A stretch of 64,000 nucleotides of DNA, taken from Chloroflexota bacterium (GTDB lineage Bacteria; Chloroflexota; UBA11872; VXOZ01). Every line of letters begins with the position of its first letter. The first letter of the stretch is position 1. The stretch is from the NCBI GenBank assembly GCA_964291655.2, contig OZ219801.1, positions 416,001-480,000 on the forward strand, given 5' to 3'. A program made the position numbers and the translations under genes. Below are positions 9,735 through 20,168 of this stretch, piece by piece. Under the pieces are notes generated by a model, which had not been told where the DNA came from, did not search any database, and worked only from the letters and a program-made list of their open reading frames with translations.

Positions 9735-10784
9735 ATGAGCATTAACCTCTTCGCGATCCGCTGTAAGAATGTCAGCAAGCGATTCGGCTCGGTACTAGCC
9801 GTAAGCGATGTTGACCTCACTGTAGCTCCTGGGGAATTCCTGGGCCTGTTGGGACCGAGCGGTTGCGGTAAGACGACCTTCCTTCGACTCATCGCCGGCT
9901 TTGAAGTACCTGACTCCGGTTCGATTGAGATCGGTGACGTCTGCGTCGTGGGCCCAAAGCGGTGGATTCTGCCTGAACGCCGCCGCGTGGGCATGGTGTT
10001 TCAAGACTATGCCCTTTTTCCGCATATGACCTTGGCGGAGAACGTCGCTTACGGCGTGCGCAAGTGGCCTGATCGGACGGAGCGAGTCGGAAATGCGCTG
10101 CGGCTCGTCGGCTTGGATGGTCTCCGCGAGCGGATGCCGAATGAACTCTCCGGCGGACAGCAGCAACGGGTGGCGCTGGCCCGCGCGCTGGCGCCGGAAC
10201 CGGACGTCATCCTGATGGATGAACCTTTCTCCAACCTGGATGTGGCCCTGCGCGCGCGCATTCGCGCCGAGACGCGGAATATCCTCGCCCGGGCGGGCGC
10301 CACAGTGATCTTTGTAACCCACGACCAAGAAGAGGCGCTCAGTATCGCCGATAGGGTGGCCGTGATGTGGGGCGGACAGCTTGCCCAAGTAGGAGATCCG
10401 GAAGAGTTGTACCGCAGCCCATCATCCAGAGATGTCGCCCAGTTCGTAGGTAGCGCGAATTTCCTCTATGCCAACGTCAATAACGGCTACGCACAGTGCG
10501 CGCTCGGCCGCTTTGCGCTCAACGGAGCCGCCCACAATGGCGATCTAGACCTTATGTTCCGTCCCGAGGACATTGCCCTGAAAGTAGCCCCGGATGGCGC
10601 TTCCCGCGTGGTGGATGCCACTTTCTACGGCCACGACAGTACGGTAACGATCCGACTCGAGACTGGCGAACACATTGAAGTTCGACTTCTCGGCGCCCCG
10701 CTCGCACCGGGCACGCGCGTCCACTGTCAGGCGACGGCTAAACCACGCACCTTTGTACGCTTGCCGCAAGCCGCACCTTCATGA
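9735..10784 (+). CDS. Fe(III) ABC transporter ATP-binding protein (FbpC-like)
   Basis: GPSGCGKT, LSGGQQQR, DEPFSNLD, VTHDQEEA and a TOBE-like C-terminus. Confidence 0.92.
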   Translation: MSINLFAIRCKNVSKRFGSVLAVSDVDLTVAPGEFLGLLGPSGCGKTTFLRLIAGFEVPDSGSIEIGDVCVVGPKRWILPERRRVGMVFQDYALFPHMTLAENVAYGVRKWPDRTERVGNALRLVGLDGLRERMPNELSGGQQQRVALARALAPEPDVILMDEPFSNLDVALRARIRAETRNILARAGATVIFVTHDQEEALSIADRVAVMWGGQLAQVGDPEELYRSPSSRDVAQFVGSANFLYANVNNGYAQCALGRFALNGAAHNGDLDLMFRPEDIALKVAPDGASRVVDATFYGHDSTVTIRLETGEHIEVRLLGAPLAPGTRVHCQATAKPRTFVRLPQAAPS

Positions 10785-10858
10785 TGCTGCGAGTCAGGTT
10801 ATAGTGTTAGGGACGATGTAGCCCTTGTGCGACAGCCAAGTGCCCCCTAAATCGACCC

Positions 10859-12016
10859 ATGCCTCCCTACGATTGCGCCTCAGTTCGAGAGACCATTCCG
10901 TTCCTCCAGGACCGTGTCTACCTTAACACCGGCACGGAAGGACTACTGGCCGAACCGGTCCTCGCCGACTACCAGGCGGCCATCGCCCGCCAGGAGCGTG
11001 AGGGACACGCGGCGCTCGAGTGGCGCTATGCCGAACTGGACCGCACACGCAAAATAGTTGCACGTTTACTGCATGCCCAGCCAAACACCATCGCTTTCAC
11101 ACGCAATGCCACGGACGGGCATAACATCGTGCTGCACGGCCTGCGGTGGCAGCCGGGCGATGAACTCCTCATCTCCAACCAGGAGCATCCAGCCCTCAGT
11201 CATCCGGCGGCCTATCTGCAAGAGCGTGACAAGCTTAGCGTGCGCGTCTTCGATATAGATGCCGATCCGCACGTCACGTTGCAGAATGTCCGCGCTGCAC
11301 TAAGTCCTGCCACACGCCTCATTGCCTTTAGCCACGTGAGCTGTGAGAGTGGAATCCGCCTGCCTGCCAAAGAAGTCTGCCGGATCGCGCATGAGCACGG
11401 TGTTTGGGCGCTCTTGGACTGCGCGCAGTCGCTGGGCGCCATACCCGTGGACGTTGTGGAGTTGGAATGTGATTTCTTCGTGAGCAATGGACACAAGTGG
11501 CTGTGCGGTCCCAAGGAAACCGGCATTCTCTATCTACGGCCGGACCGACTTGAAGCGCTGACCTTGGGCGCAGCCGGAGCCGGCACCTTTGAGCACTTTA
11601 CGTGGAACGGTGAAGCCTTTCGCCACGAACTCAGGCCGGACGCCCGGCGGTTTGAGTTTGGCACGCGCAACCACGCCACACTCGTCGGCCTGCGGTCCGC
11701 CATCACATGGCTCGAGGAGCTAGAACTTTCCGTCGTTCATGCGCACATTCGAGACTTGGCTCGGCAAGCCAAGTCGATGCTCGCTGAGACTCCCGGTATT
11801 GAGGTCGTCACGCCGCGATCTGACGACGAGTCGGCGGGGATTATTACATTTCACACGCCGAGCAAGCATCCCGCTGAAGTAACGCAGGCGCTCTGGCAGC
11901 AAGGAATCATTACGCGCCACACCACGACTCCGCCGGGCGTGCGTGCCTCCGCTGCGTACTTCAACACCGAGGGGGATTTTGAGCGGCTGGCAACGGCGCT
12001 GCGGTCAATCGTGTGA
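10859..12016 (+). CDS. PLP-dependent aminotransferase class V (cysteine desulfurase/isopenicillin N epimerase-like)
   Basis: YLNTG, EHP, D.AQS, GHKWLCGP (PLP lysine) and FEFGT motifs. Confidence 0.88.
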   Translation: MPPYDCASVRETIPFLQDRVYLNTGTEGLLAEPVLADYQAAIARQEREGHAALEWRYAELDRTRKIVARLLHAQPNTIAFTRNATDGHNIVLHGLRWQPGDELLISNQEHPALSHPAAYLQERDKLSVRVFDIDADPHVTLQNVRAALSPATRLIAFSHVSCESGIRLPAKEVCRIAHEHGVWALLDCAQSLGAIPVDVVELECDFFVSNGHKWLCGPKETGILYLRPDRLEALTLGAAGAGTFEHFTWNGEAFRHELRPDARRFEFGTRNHATLVGLRSAITWLEELELSVVHAHIRDLARQAKSMLAETPGIEVVTPRSDDESAGIITFHTPSKHPAEVTQALWQQGIITRHTTTPPGVRASAAYFNTEGDFERLATALRSIV

Positions 12017-12056
12017 GAGAATACGCGAAGAGTGTAGCGCCGATGTCTACCACAAT

Positions 12057-12256
12057 TGTAGATGTCAGGTAATTCGTTGACAGATTCGGAAGAAGAAACA
12101 TGGGAGCAGAACTCTGTGGTTGCCTGCATGCATGTCATTCCGAACGGAGCGCAGCGGAGTGTCGAACCCTGTTCGACGCTGCGCTCGGAGTGACATGCAC
12201 CGTCAACTCTTCAGAATGGCAAGCGAATTCTGTCAACGAATTAATTGACTCTTACA
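12057..12256. mobile_element. 200-bp MITE with TGT...ACA ends (IS481-like) carrying an internal palindrome
   Basis: Left end tgtagatgtcaggtaattcgttgacaga vs right end reverse complement tgtaagagtcaattaattcgttgacaga; flanks acaat/ataat; internal hairpin at 12129-12199. Confidence 0.7.
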
Positions 12257-12368
12257 ATAATGACTCTTTGCTCTCAATTGCCTGCTGGGCGTACATTGGC
12301 GAAGAGTGATTGCCAACTGCATTATTCGTCGGGGATGTGCCCGACTAGGAGAGAGTGCCCCAACGCCA

Positions 12369-13562
12369 ATGACTGAAAGCAAGCGCACCGTGCGACTCCT
12401 CGTTTCCGGCGGCGGTTCCGGCGGTCATGTTACGCCTGCACTCGCTACGATAGAAGAAATCAAGGAGCTTGCCGAACGGGAGGGCACATGGGCGCCCACA
12501 TTCCTCTACGTGGGGAGCCACGGCGGAGTGGAACGCGAAATGGTCAAGGCGGCCGGCATTCCCTTCACCGCCATAGCGACCGGCAAACTCCGCCGCTCAA
12601 GTCACGTGCTGGGGCACTTCTCCTGGAGCAACCTTCTCGACGCCCTACGGCTGCCTTGGGGCGTGCTGCAGGCGTTGCTCCTCGTGATACGCTTCCGACC
12701 TCACGTTGTCCTAAGCACCGGGGGATTCGTGTGCGTGCCGCCCGTAATCGCAGCCTGGCTGCTGCGTGTTCCCGTGATCACCCATGAACAAACGGTGCAG
12801 ATGGGCCTGGCAAACCGCATCGCCTCTCGCTTCGCGAGACGCATCGCTCTGACCTACGAATCCGCGCGGGACTACCTGCCGGCACGCTTGCAAGCCCAGA
12901 CCTTCGTAACCGGCAATCCGGTGCGCCACGTCATTTTCAATGGCAGTCCGGCGACGGCGATGTCTATTGCGGGGTTCTCGAGTGGTGACACGTTGCCGAC
13001 CTTGTATGTGACCGGCGGGGCACAGGGCGCGCAACACATCAACCGCGCCGTGGAAGATGCCTTGCCGGACCTACTCATGTTTTGCCGCATCATTCACCAA
13101 TGCGGACGCCAGGCAACAGGGCCAACACGCGAGATTGAGCGCCTCCAGCGGGTTCGCGCGGCGTTGCCGGACCACCTGCAAGCGCGCTACCACGTGGTCG
13201 ACTTTGTTGCAGATGAGATTGGTCACCTCTATGCGCTGGCGGATGCGGTCGTGAGTCGCTCCGGTGCGGGGACGCTCGCGGAGATCTTTGCCCTCGGCAA
13301 GCCGGCAATCTTCATTCCCTTGGTGCCAACCGGCGGCGACGAACAACGGCGCAACGCCCAGCATGCCGCACGCGCCGGCGCGGCGGTGATAATTGAGCAG
13401 GAAGAACTCACTGGCGATACTTTATGTAAACGCGCGCGTGAGCTGCTTGCCGATCCGGTGAGGCAGAAAGCGATGGCATGTGCCGCCAAGGGGCTCGCCC
13501 GGACTGATGCCGCGCTCCTCCTGGCAGAATCTGTCATTGCATTGGCGAACCGGCCCGGCTGA
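12369..13562 (+). CDS. murG: MurG-like GT28 N-acetylglucosaminyltransferase
   Basis: GGGSGGH, ATGKLRR, STGGFV, HEQ, TGNPVR, TGGAQGA, SRSGAGT and EQ..NA motifs. Confidence 0.85.
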   Translation: MTESKRTVRLLVSGGGSGGHVTPALATIEEIKELAEREGTWAPTFLYVGSHGGVEREMVKAAGIPFTAIATGKLRRSSHVLGHFSWSNLLDALRLPWGVLQALLLVIRFRPHVVLSTGGFVCVPPVIAAWLLRVPVITHEQTVQMGLANRIASRFARRIALTYESARDYLPARLQAQTFVTGNPVRHVIFNGSPATAMSIAGFSSGDTLPTLYVTGGAQGAQHINRAVEDALPDLLMFCRIIHQCGRQATGPTREIERLQRVRAALPDHLQARYHVVDFVADEIGHLYALADAVVSRSGAGTLAEIFALGKPAIFIPLVPTGGDEQRRNAQHAARAGAAVIIEQEELTGDTLCKRARELLADPVRQKAMACAAKGLARTDAALLLAESVIALANRPG

Positions 13563-13579
13563 CGGTCGGCGCGTCTCAC

Positions 13580-14134
13580 TCACTCGTCGCCCACCGCATA
13601 AATGCTGAACATCGAGTCGCCGTGTTGACGGCGGCGTAAGAGCCGCAACCGTCCCCACTGCTCGTCAGGCACTTTCTTCTTCCAGTGCCCAACGACAATC
13701 ACCGTCTGTTCCTCAATTGCGCGCGATTCGGCAAGTGCCGGTAGCCAGTCTTCATGGTCCACGGTATGGTACGGCGGGTCTGCCAAGATGAGGTCGTAGG
13801 GCTCTTTCAAACGGTTGAGCACTCCCGGCACACGTGCCTGGATCACACGCGCCCTTTCACGCAATGACGCCACGCGCAAGTTCTCACGGATAGCGCGGCA
13901 GGACGCCGGTAGCACGTCAACAAAGTCACACCAATCGGCTCCCCGGCTTAAGGCCTCTATGCCGAGCGCACCGGTGCCCGCGTAGAGTTCCAGCACACGG
14001 CCGCACTCACCGTTTTCGCCGAGCGAATTGAAGATGGCGTGTTTCACTTTGTCGAGCGTAGGGCGCACCTGCTTCGACTTCGGCGCCCGCAAGCGCCGTC
14101 CCGCGGCAGTTCCACGGATAATACGCATATTCAT
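13580..14134 (-). CDS. rsmD: 16S rRNA m2G966 methyltransferase
   Basis: MRIIRG..GRRL, RPT, LYAGTGALGIEALSRGA and DPPY motifs. Confidence 0.93.
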   Translation of the reverse strand: MNMRIIRGTAAGRRLRAPKSKQVRPTLDKVKHAIFNSLGENGECGRVLELYAGTGALGIEALSRGADWCDFVDVLPASCRAIRENLRVASLRERARVIQARVPGVLNRLKEPYDLILADPPYHTVDHEDWLPALAESRAIEEQTVIVVGHWKKKVPDEQWGRLRLLRRRQHGDSMFSIYAVGDE

Positions 14135-14280
14135 TAAGTTATCTCATGCAGTCTGGGCATCATCTTAAGGCAATACTCCGGGGATCTATTGTGAAGCCGT
14201 ATGCTTGGAGAGGCTTTCTCGTGAGACGTTGTAGTGGCGTGGTCTCTCATGTGCGCTGTCATGCCGAGGCGGTAGAGGTA

Positions 14281-14958
14281 TCAAATCGAGACATGTGGAT
14301 AACCCTTATAGAGCAGATCAGTCTGAACGCACAGCCGATAGAAGTAGCGGTCGGCTTGTGATGTAAAGTCGTCCGCTCGGACATCTTGTTCCGCCAGCCA
14401 CGCTTCGTTAGGGTGGCAGCGCTGATTACAGAGCGCCTTAGCCGAAATCGTTTCGCGTTTTCCCGATAGAAGCTCAAGCGCGTTCGGAACGGAAATCTCT
14501 AACAAGGCCGAGACCTCGGCAGGGCTTGGCGCGAAAGAGGAGAGCGGTAGATTAGCTCGATACAAGAAAACGAACTGCACCTCACAGTCACGTACGCCGG
14601 GCTCTATATCACTCGCGGCTTGGCGTACTCCTAACGGCAAGAGATCGCTCATTGAGAGGGCGAGGCCGATCTCCTCTTGGGATTCCCGCAAGGCATCCTC
14701 TACGGACTCCCCGGCGGTCAAGTGTCCCCCTACGGTCGCATCCAGTTTCCCCGGTGACGTATCCTTGGAATCCGACCGACGCTGGAAAATCACGTAGGGC
14801 GTGCCGTTGTGATACTGCCCCACTACCCAACAGTGGATAGACCGGTGCCAGTCGCCGTCGCGATGCACGTCCGCCCGGCGCTTGCGCAATCCCAGCGGTC
14901 GCCCCAACGAATCACAAACATCGAAAAGCTCATCGGGATCTGTATGGGATTCGCTCAT
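14281..14958 (-). CDS. NUDIX hydrolase (IPP isomerase-like subfamily)
   Basis: HRDGDWHRSIH, QRRS..K..PG..D and GGH...GES....RE..EEIG Nudix box. Confidence 0.85.
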   Translation of the reverse strand: MSESHTDPDELFDVCDSLGRPLGLRKRRADVHRDGDWHRSIHCWVVGQYHNGTPYVIFQRRSDSKDTSPGKLDATVGGHLTAGESVEDALRESQEEIGLALSMSDLLPLGVRQAASDIEPGVRDCEVQFVFLYRANLPLSSFAPSPAEVSALLEISVPNALELLSGKRETISAKALCNQRCHPNEAWLAEQDVRADDFTSQADRYFYRLCVQTDLLYKGYPHVSI

Positions 14959-17390
14959 GAAAGTTCGCTTTCCACACGCCAGAACGTGGCAACTCGCTGC
15001 GCGAGCCCCGCGTACCTTGGGTCTTGCAGCAACGGATCCGCATCAAATAGCTTCTTAGCTTCCTCGCGGGCAAGTTCTAACGTAGCGAGGTCGGAGAGCT
15101 TCGCCACTTTGAGTGCCGGGAGCCCGGCTTGGCGCGTACCAAAGAACTCACCCGGCCCGCGCAGCATCAGGTCCTTTTCTGCCAACGCGAAGCCGTCGCG
15201 TTGCTCCTCGAGGATGCGCAAGCGTTCATTCTCCGCCGCATTGGCCGAATCAGATAGCAGAAAACAATACGATTGGTGCGCGCCGCGCCCGACCCGGCCC
15301 CGGAACTGGTGAAGTTGGGCAAGGCCAAAGCGTTCGGCGCTCTCGATCATCATAACTGTGGCGTTGGGCACATCAATACCGACCTCGACGACAGGCGTAC
15401 TTACCAGAATGTCAGTTTCTCCTGCCGCAAACGCGCGCATGACCTTCTCTTTCTGTCTGCTGGTCAGACGCCCGTGGAGCAAATCCACCTTGAGTTGCGG
15501 AAAGACCTCTTTCTGCAGGCGATTGAACTCGCTCTTGGCGGCGCGCACTTGCAATGTCTCAGACTCTTCGATGAGCGGGAAGATGATGAAGGCCTGGCGA
15601 CCTTGCGCAACCTGCTTGGCGACAAAGGCATATGCCGGTGTGCGTTTCTCCGCCGGCACCCAACGGGTCGTGATCGGCAAGCGTCCTGTCGGCATCTCTC
15701 GAATCGTGGAAACGTCCAAGTCACCGTAGAGCGTGAGCGCCAGCGAACGCGGGATTGGCGTCGCCGTCATTACCAAGACGTGAGGGTTACGACCCTTGCG
15801 CCGCAGGACTGCGCGTTGCCGCACGCCAAAACGGTGCTGCTCATCCACGACCGCCAAACCCAAGTTGTCAAACACCACGTCTTCCTGGATGACGGCGTGC
15901 GTGCCCACCAGGAGGTCGAGCGCACCTGACTCCAAGTCGGCCAGAATTACTCTGCGTTCGCTCTTGCGCGTACTGCCGGTCAGCAAGGCGCTGCGCGCCC
16001 CGAACGGATCAAGAAAACCCTTGAAGGTCTGTAGGTGTTGTTCGGCCAGAACCTCCGTCGGCGCCATGATGACCGACTGGAGTCCGTGTTTCGCCATCTG
16101 CAGCGCCAATGCGGCCGCTACGACCGTCTTGCCGGAACCGACGTCGCCTTGCAACAAGCGGTTCATGGCCGCCGGCTTACCCACGTCGGCGAAAATCTCG
16201 GTTAGCGCCTGCAGTTGGTGGCGCGTCAGGGAGAAGGGCAACGAGTCGAGAAACGCCTGTGAAACATCGGGGTCGACACGTACCGGAACACCGGGTTGAT
16301 CGAGCTGCCACTCGCGGCGTCGTTGCAGCGTACCAAGTTGAATGAAGAAGAATTCGTCAAAAGCAAGGCGGTGGACCGCACGCTGACGCTGCTCATTACT
16401 CTCGGGGAAATGCATCTGGCGCAGGGCTTCTTGTGCGCCTATTAGGGAATTTCGCTTCAGAATGTCTTCCGGAACAACCTCTCTTACGGCATGAACGGCC
16501 AAGTCCAGCGCAGAGTGGACCCAGCGACGCATCCACTTGGCAGAGAGATTGGCCGTCAGCGGATAGACCGGCACCAGCCGTCCCACATGCAGCCCGTGCT
16601 CGGGGCTTTCGGCAAATTCGTATTCGGGCGAACGCAATTCCAGTCCGGAGCGGCTGATTTCCACCTTGCCTGCTACCGTAACGCGGCGCTTATTCGTGAG
16701 GCTGCGTTGTAGAAACGGTTGATTGAACCAGACCGCCTTGATGTAGCCCGTCTTGTCTGCCAAGGCAGCCTCGGTGATGACCATGCGGCCCTGGGTCACG
16801 CGCCGATTCTCCACCTGCATCACGTTGGCCATGATAGTGACTTCTTCACCGGGCTTGAGGTCGGCGATCGTTTTGATGCTGCTGCGGTCGATGTGCCGGT
16901 GCGGAAAGTGCTGGATGAGGTCGCCCAGCGTAGCAAGGCCCAACTTCTCCAGGCGCTTAGCGTCTTCAGCCTTCAGCATCGGCACTACAGTAAGAGGTGA
17001 ATCTAGACCTGCCTTCGGCTGCGCGCCACGTTGCTTTCGGGGCCGCGAAACCTTGGTCTCGGCCTTTGCAGCGGACGCAACGGCTTTCCGTTGGGGTGGA
17101 CCGTTCTGTGGAGGAGATGCAGGGCCTGGGCTTTCGTTCAGGACGTGCAACAGGCTCTGTACGCGAGACGCTCTTTCCGCTGGTTCAAGCGCGCGGTAGC
17201 CCCGCAATCCACGCTCGATTGCAGGAAAGACATGAACATCGCTGGCGGTGGTGATATTCTCGGCCTGCCAGTTTGCGACAAATCGCTCTAGGCCGCCAAT
17301 TACCGCGCCATCGTCATATCCCCGCTGCATCTCCTGCTCAAGAATGCGGCGCAGGATCTTGGCACGGTCGCGAGGTTCGGAGCGGGGCAT
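14955..17390 (-). CDS. recG: ATP-dependent DNA helicase RecG
   Basis: RLLQGDVGSGKT, DEQHRFG, MTATPIPR, QLHQFRGRVGRG and RGPGEFFGTRQ motifs. Confidence 0.97.
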   Translation of the reverse strand: MPRSEPRDRAKILRRILEQEMQRGYDDGAVIGGLERFVANWQAENITTASDVHVFPAIERGLRGYRALEPAERASRVQSLLHVLNESPGPASPPQNGPPQRKAVASAAKAETKVSRPRKQRGAQPKAGLDSPLTVVPMLKAEDAKRLEKLGLATLGDLIQHFPHRHIDRSSIKTIADLKPGEEVTIMANVMQVENRRVTQGRMVITEAALADKTGYIKAVWFNQPFLQRSLTNKRRVTVAGKVEISRSGLELRSPEYEFAESPEHGLHVGRLVPVYPLTANLSAKWMRRWVHSALDLAVHAVREVVPEDILKRNSLIGAQEALRQMHFPESNEQRQRAVHRLAFDEFFFIQLGTLQRRREWQLDQPGVPVRVDPDVSQAFLDSLPFSLTRHQLQALTEIFADVGKPAAMNRLLQGDVGSGKTVVAAALALQMAKHGLQSVIMAPTEVLAEQHLQTFKGFLDPFGARSALLTGSTRKSERRVILADLESGALDLLVGTHAVIQEDVVFDNLGLAVVDEQHRFGVRQRAVLRRKGRNPHVLVMTATPIPRSLALTLYGDLDVSTIREMPTGRLPITTRWVPAEKRTPAYAFVAKQVAQGRQAFIIFPLIEESETLQVRAAKSEFNRLQKEVFPQLKVDLLHGRLTSRQKEKVMRAFAAGETDILVSTPVVEVGIDVPNATVMMIESAERFGLAQLHQFRGRVGRGAHQSYCFLLSDSANAAENERLRILEEQRDGFALAEKDLMLRGPGEFFGTRQAGLPALKVAKLSDLATLELAREEAKKLFDADPLLQDPRYAGLAQRVATFWRVESELS

Positions 17391-17396
17391 AGCACC

Positions 17397-19073
17397 TCAC
17401 TCAAGGGTCATCAGATATGGATAGTGCGGCTGGCCGCCGGAGATGACCTCAATTTCCAGCGATGGAAACTGCGTCTGAATCTGCGTGCTAAGAGAGTTTG
17501 CCTCGTCTTCTAAAACATCTATCCCGTGATAGCAAGTGAGGAGCTCAGCAGTATCCGTTCCCATGCGCTCGACAGCAGACTGCACCGCTGCAAAGAGGTC
17601 GTCATGAGAGGCGCAAACGTGGCCGCCTGCAAGTGCGAGCCATTGCCCTTGGAGAACGTCTACGCCATCCACGGTGGCGTCGCGGGTGGCAAGAGTCACC
17701 GCCCCGTACTGCGTGTTCTCCGCCGCGTCCTGCATCGCGCTTTCATTCACGTCGGGGTCTTGGCTCTCTTGGAACGCCAGCAAAGCGGCAATGCCGTGTG
17801 CCGAGGAGTACGTCGGCAGCACGTGAACATCTGTGTCCGACAAGTCCCGCGTCTGCTCCGCAGACAGAATCACGTTCTTATCATTCGGCAAGACGAAAAC
17901 GTGGCGTGCATTGGTGGCCTCGACGGCTTGGAAGATCTCCTGGGTGCTCGGGTTCATAGTGGGACCGCCGCTCACCACAGTTGCTCCGATGTCTTTATAG
18001 ATCTCAGCAAGACCTGCGCCATCCGCCACCGCGACCACGCACTGCTCGCGCGGCTCCGGCGCGGCTTCAGTTGGCGCCACGTCGATCCCCGGCAGGTCCC
18101 CGTCAGCTAACGCTGACTGCAACCGCTCGTACTGGTCGTCCATGTTGAAGATCTCGATGCGGTGGAGGTTACCCGCGGCGCGGGCAAGATCGAGAACGGC
18201 GCCCGGATTCTCCGTGTGCACGTGTACTCGCACCAAGTCCTCGTCTCCGACGACCACCACGGAGGTGCCCCGTTCGGCGACCGCGTGGCGCATGTCCATA
18301 ACGTCCAGATCGGCGCCGCTCACCAAGAAACCCGTGCAATAGCCGTACAGGGTCTCTGTAACCGCCGCAATCTCCGGGAGAAGCGCCCGTTCGCTGCTGG
18401 GCAGCTCTACCTGCTCAACCGACTCACCGGTGACGTATCGCCGCGCCCCTTCCAGCAAGAGCCACAACGCCTGTCCGCCGGCATCCACCACGCCGGCATC
18501 CCGCAGCACGTCCAGCAACTGCGGCGTGCGGGCGACAGACCGCTCCGCGGCGGCGACGGCCGTTGCAAGCACCGCAGGCATCTCAACGTCCGGGGCGTCA
18601 GCCTCACATGCCTCCGCAGTATCGCGTGCTACGGTGAGCATCGTACCTTCTTGCGGCTCTTGCAACGCCGCGTAGGAGGAGTCTGAAGCCGAACGCAACG
18701 CCTGCACAATGCCTGGGACAGTGATTTCATCAGACTCCGCCAGGGCATCAGCAATTCCGCGCAGGCACTGGGAGAAGATTACGCCGGAGTTGCCGCGCGC
18801 GCCCATTAACGCGCCGCGATAGATCGCCTGGGAGACCTCATCCGCCCGCGTGCTGCTTGCCTGTTTGCCCGCTTGCAGGGCAGCTTCCAGGGTAAGAAGC
18901 ATGTTGGTGCCTGTATCGCCATCCGGCACGGGAAAGACGTTGAGCCGGTTGATCTCCTCTTTGTTGGCGGCAAGGAGATGATAGCCGTACTCCAAAGCCC
19001 CGATGAGGCTGCGCCCATCGCACTTCACAGTGATTCCCTCGCGCACTTCCTGTCCGGTCTGCGCATCATCCAC
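17397..19073 (-). CDS. fakA: DAK2-domain fatty acid kinase subunit (FakA/YloV)
   Basis: LNVFPVPDGDTGTNM, GARGNSG, VVDAGG, GG.TMNPS and GGQPHY motifs. Confidence 0.9.
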   Translation of the reverse strand: MDDAQTGQEVREGITVKCDGRSLIGALEYGYHLLAANKEEINRLNVFPVPDGDTGTNMLLTLEAALQAGKQASSTRADEVSQAIYRGALMGARGNSGVIFSQCLRGIADALAESDEITVPGIVQALRSASDSSYAALQEPQEGTMLTVARDTAEACEADAPDVEMPAVLATAVAAAERSVARTPQLLDVLRDAGVVDAGGQALWLLLEGARRYVTGESVEQVELPSSERALLPEIAAVTETLYGYCTGFLVSGADLDVMDMRHAVAERGTSVVVVGDEDLVRVHVHTENPGAVLDLARAAGNLHRIEIFNMDDQYERLQSALADGDLPGIDVAPTEAAPEPREQCVVAVADGAGLAEIYKDIGATVVSGGPTMNPSTQEIFQAVEATNARHVFVLPNDKNVILSAEQTRDLSDTDVHVLPTYSSAHGIAALLAFQESQDPDVNESAMQDAAENTQYGAVTLATRDATVDGVDVLQGQWLALAGGHVCASHDDLFAAVQSAVERMGTDTAELLTCYHGIDVLEDEANSLSTQIQTQFPSLEIEVISGGQPHYPYLMTLE

Positions 19074-19359
19074 GATTTCTGCAAACCTCTCTATACTTCG
19101 GAGAGACTATGTCTGACATGTCGTTTACTGAAAACCTGGGACTACAAGCTTCCCTGGCCTGCCATCCATTGGTGAGTCCATTCACAAACATGCAACCGAC
19201 ACAAAAGCCAAGATTGCAAACTCACTCGCCACACGTCAGGATTGAGTATGTTATCGAATCTATGCTAACATTGGGGCTTGGTGACACGATCATCATAGCG
19301 ATAGATGGATCGCATGGTCAAGAATAACACGGACGACCGGACTAACTGAGGACTAGCTC

Positions 19360-19572
19360 ATGGCTGTTTGTAACGTATGTGGAAAAGGCGCGCAAGTAGG
19401 TCACAATATTCAGCACCAGGCTTCCGGCCAGTGGCGCTATCGTGCGCCAAAGACGCGCAAGGTATGGAAAGCCAACGTGCAGAAAGTGCGGCTGCTCATT
19501 GACGGTCAGCTGAAGAAAGTCAACATCTGCACGCGCTGCCTCCGCACACAGGCGAAAACATCCGCGGTCTGA
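19360..19572 (+). CDS. rpmB: 50S ribosomal protein L28
   Basis: CxxCGK...GHN...TRK.WK.N.Q...CTRCLR; GAGG RBS; divergent from fakA. Confidence 0.93.
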   Translation: MAVCNVCGKGAQVGHNIQHQASGQWRYRAPKTRKVWKANVQKVRLLIDGQLKKVNICTRCLRTQAKTSAV

Positions 19573-19610
19573 CTTTGACCGAGGACAGGTGCATTATTGC
19601 ACCTGGAAAC

Positions 19611-19649
19611 AAAGAGGGAGAATGTCGCCCTGACCTTCTCCCTTTCTTC
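19611..19649 (+). terminator. Probable terminator hairpin downstream of rpmB
   Basis: Stem agggagaa...ttctccct followed by ttctt. Confidence 0.5.
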
Positions 19650-19754
19650 AATCCCTAGCGCAGGTTGCAATCCTACCCCAATTGAGGAATGCCAAACTGT
19701 TCTTGTATCAAGCTTGGCTTACGTTACTTACCTCGGGCAATGTACCAATTTGAA

Positions 19755-20057
19755 TTAGGCAAACACCTGCGACAGCGAATTAAGTGCGCCAACAGCAGCA
19801 GGAACTATCAAACCCAGATTGATGGTCATTCCTTGCTCAAGAAGCTTGAACTCTTGCTTGAGGTCCTCTTTAGTGACAAATTGCTGCAGATCGTCCCTAG
19901 TTGCAAGTCGAACTAAGTCGGTTTTGGCTGCGAATTCTTGGGCATTATCACTTGCTATGCCCCCAACAAGCAATGCCAGCCTGGCAGCTTGCTTAGGGTT
20001 GAAATCTCCATCTGCAAGAAACTCTCGCAATGCGTCAGAGCTGTGTACAGCCACCAA
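19755..20057 (-). CDS. Small coiled-coil protein with a C-terminal hydrophobic tail (DUF1640-like)
   Basis: L...F...QA pattern, repeated ATRDDL/VTKEDL units, hydrophobic C-terminus; GGAG RBS. Confidence 0.6.
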   Translation of the reverse strand: MVAVHSSDALREFLADGDFNPKQAARLALLVGGIASDNAQEFAAKTDLVRLATRDDLQQFVTKEDLKQEFKLLEQGMTINLGLIVPAAVGALNSLSQVFA

Positions 20058-20168
20058 TGCTCCCCTGATGAACTATGCGTGCCTATCCCGGAACAGTGAC
20101 CCCTGCAATTGATTCAGACATTGAGTAGCAAACCGGCACCGGGGCTACCATCAAGAGTAGCAACGATC

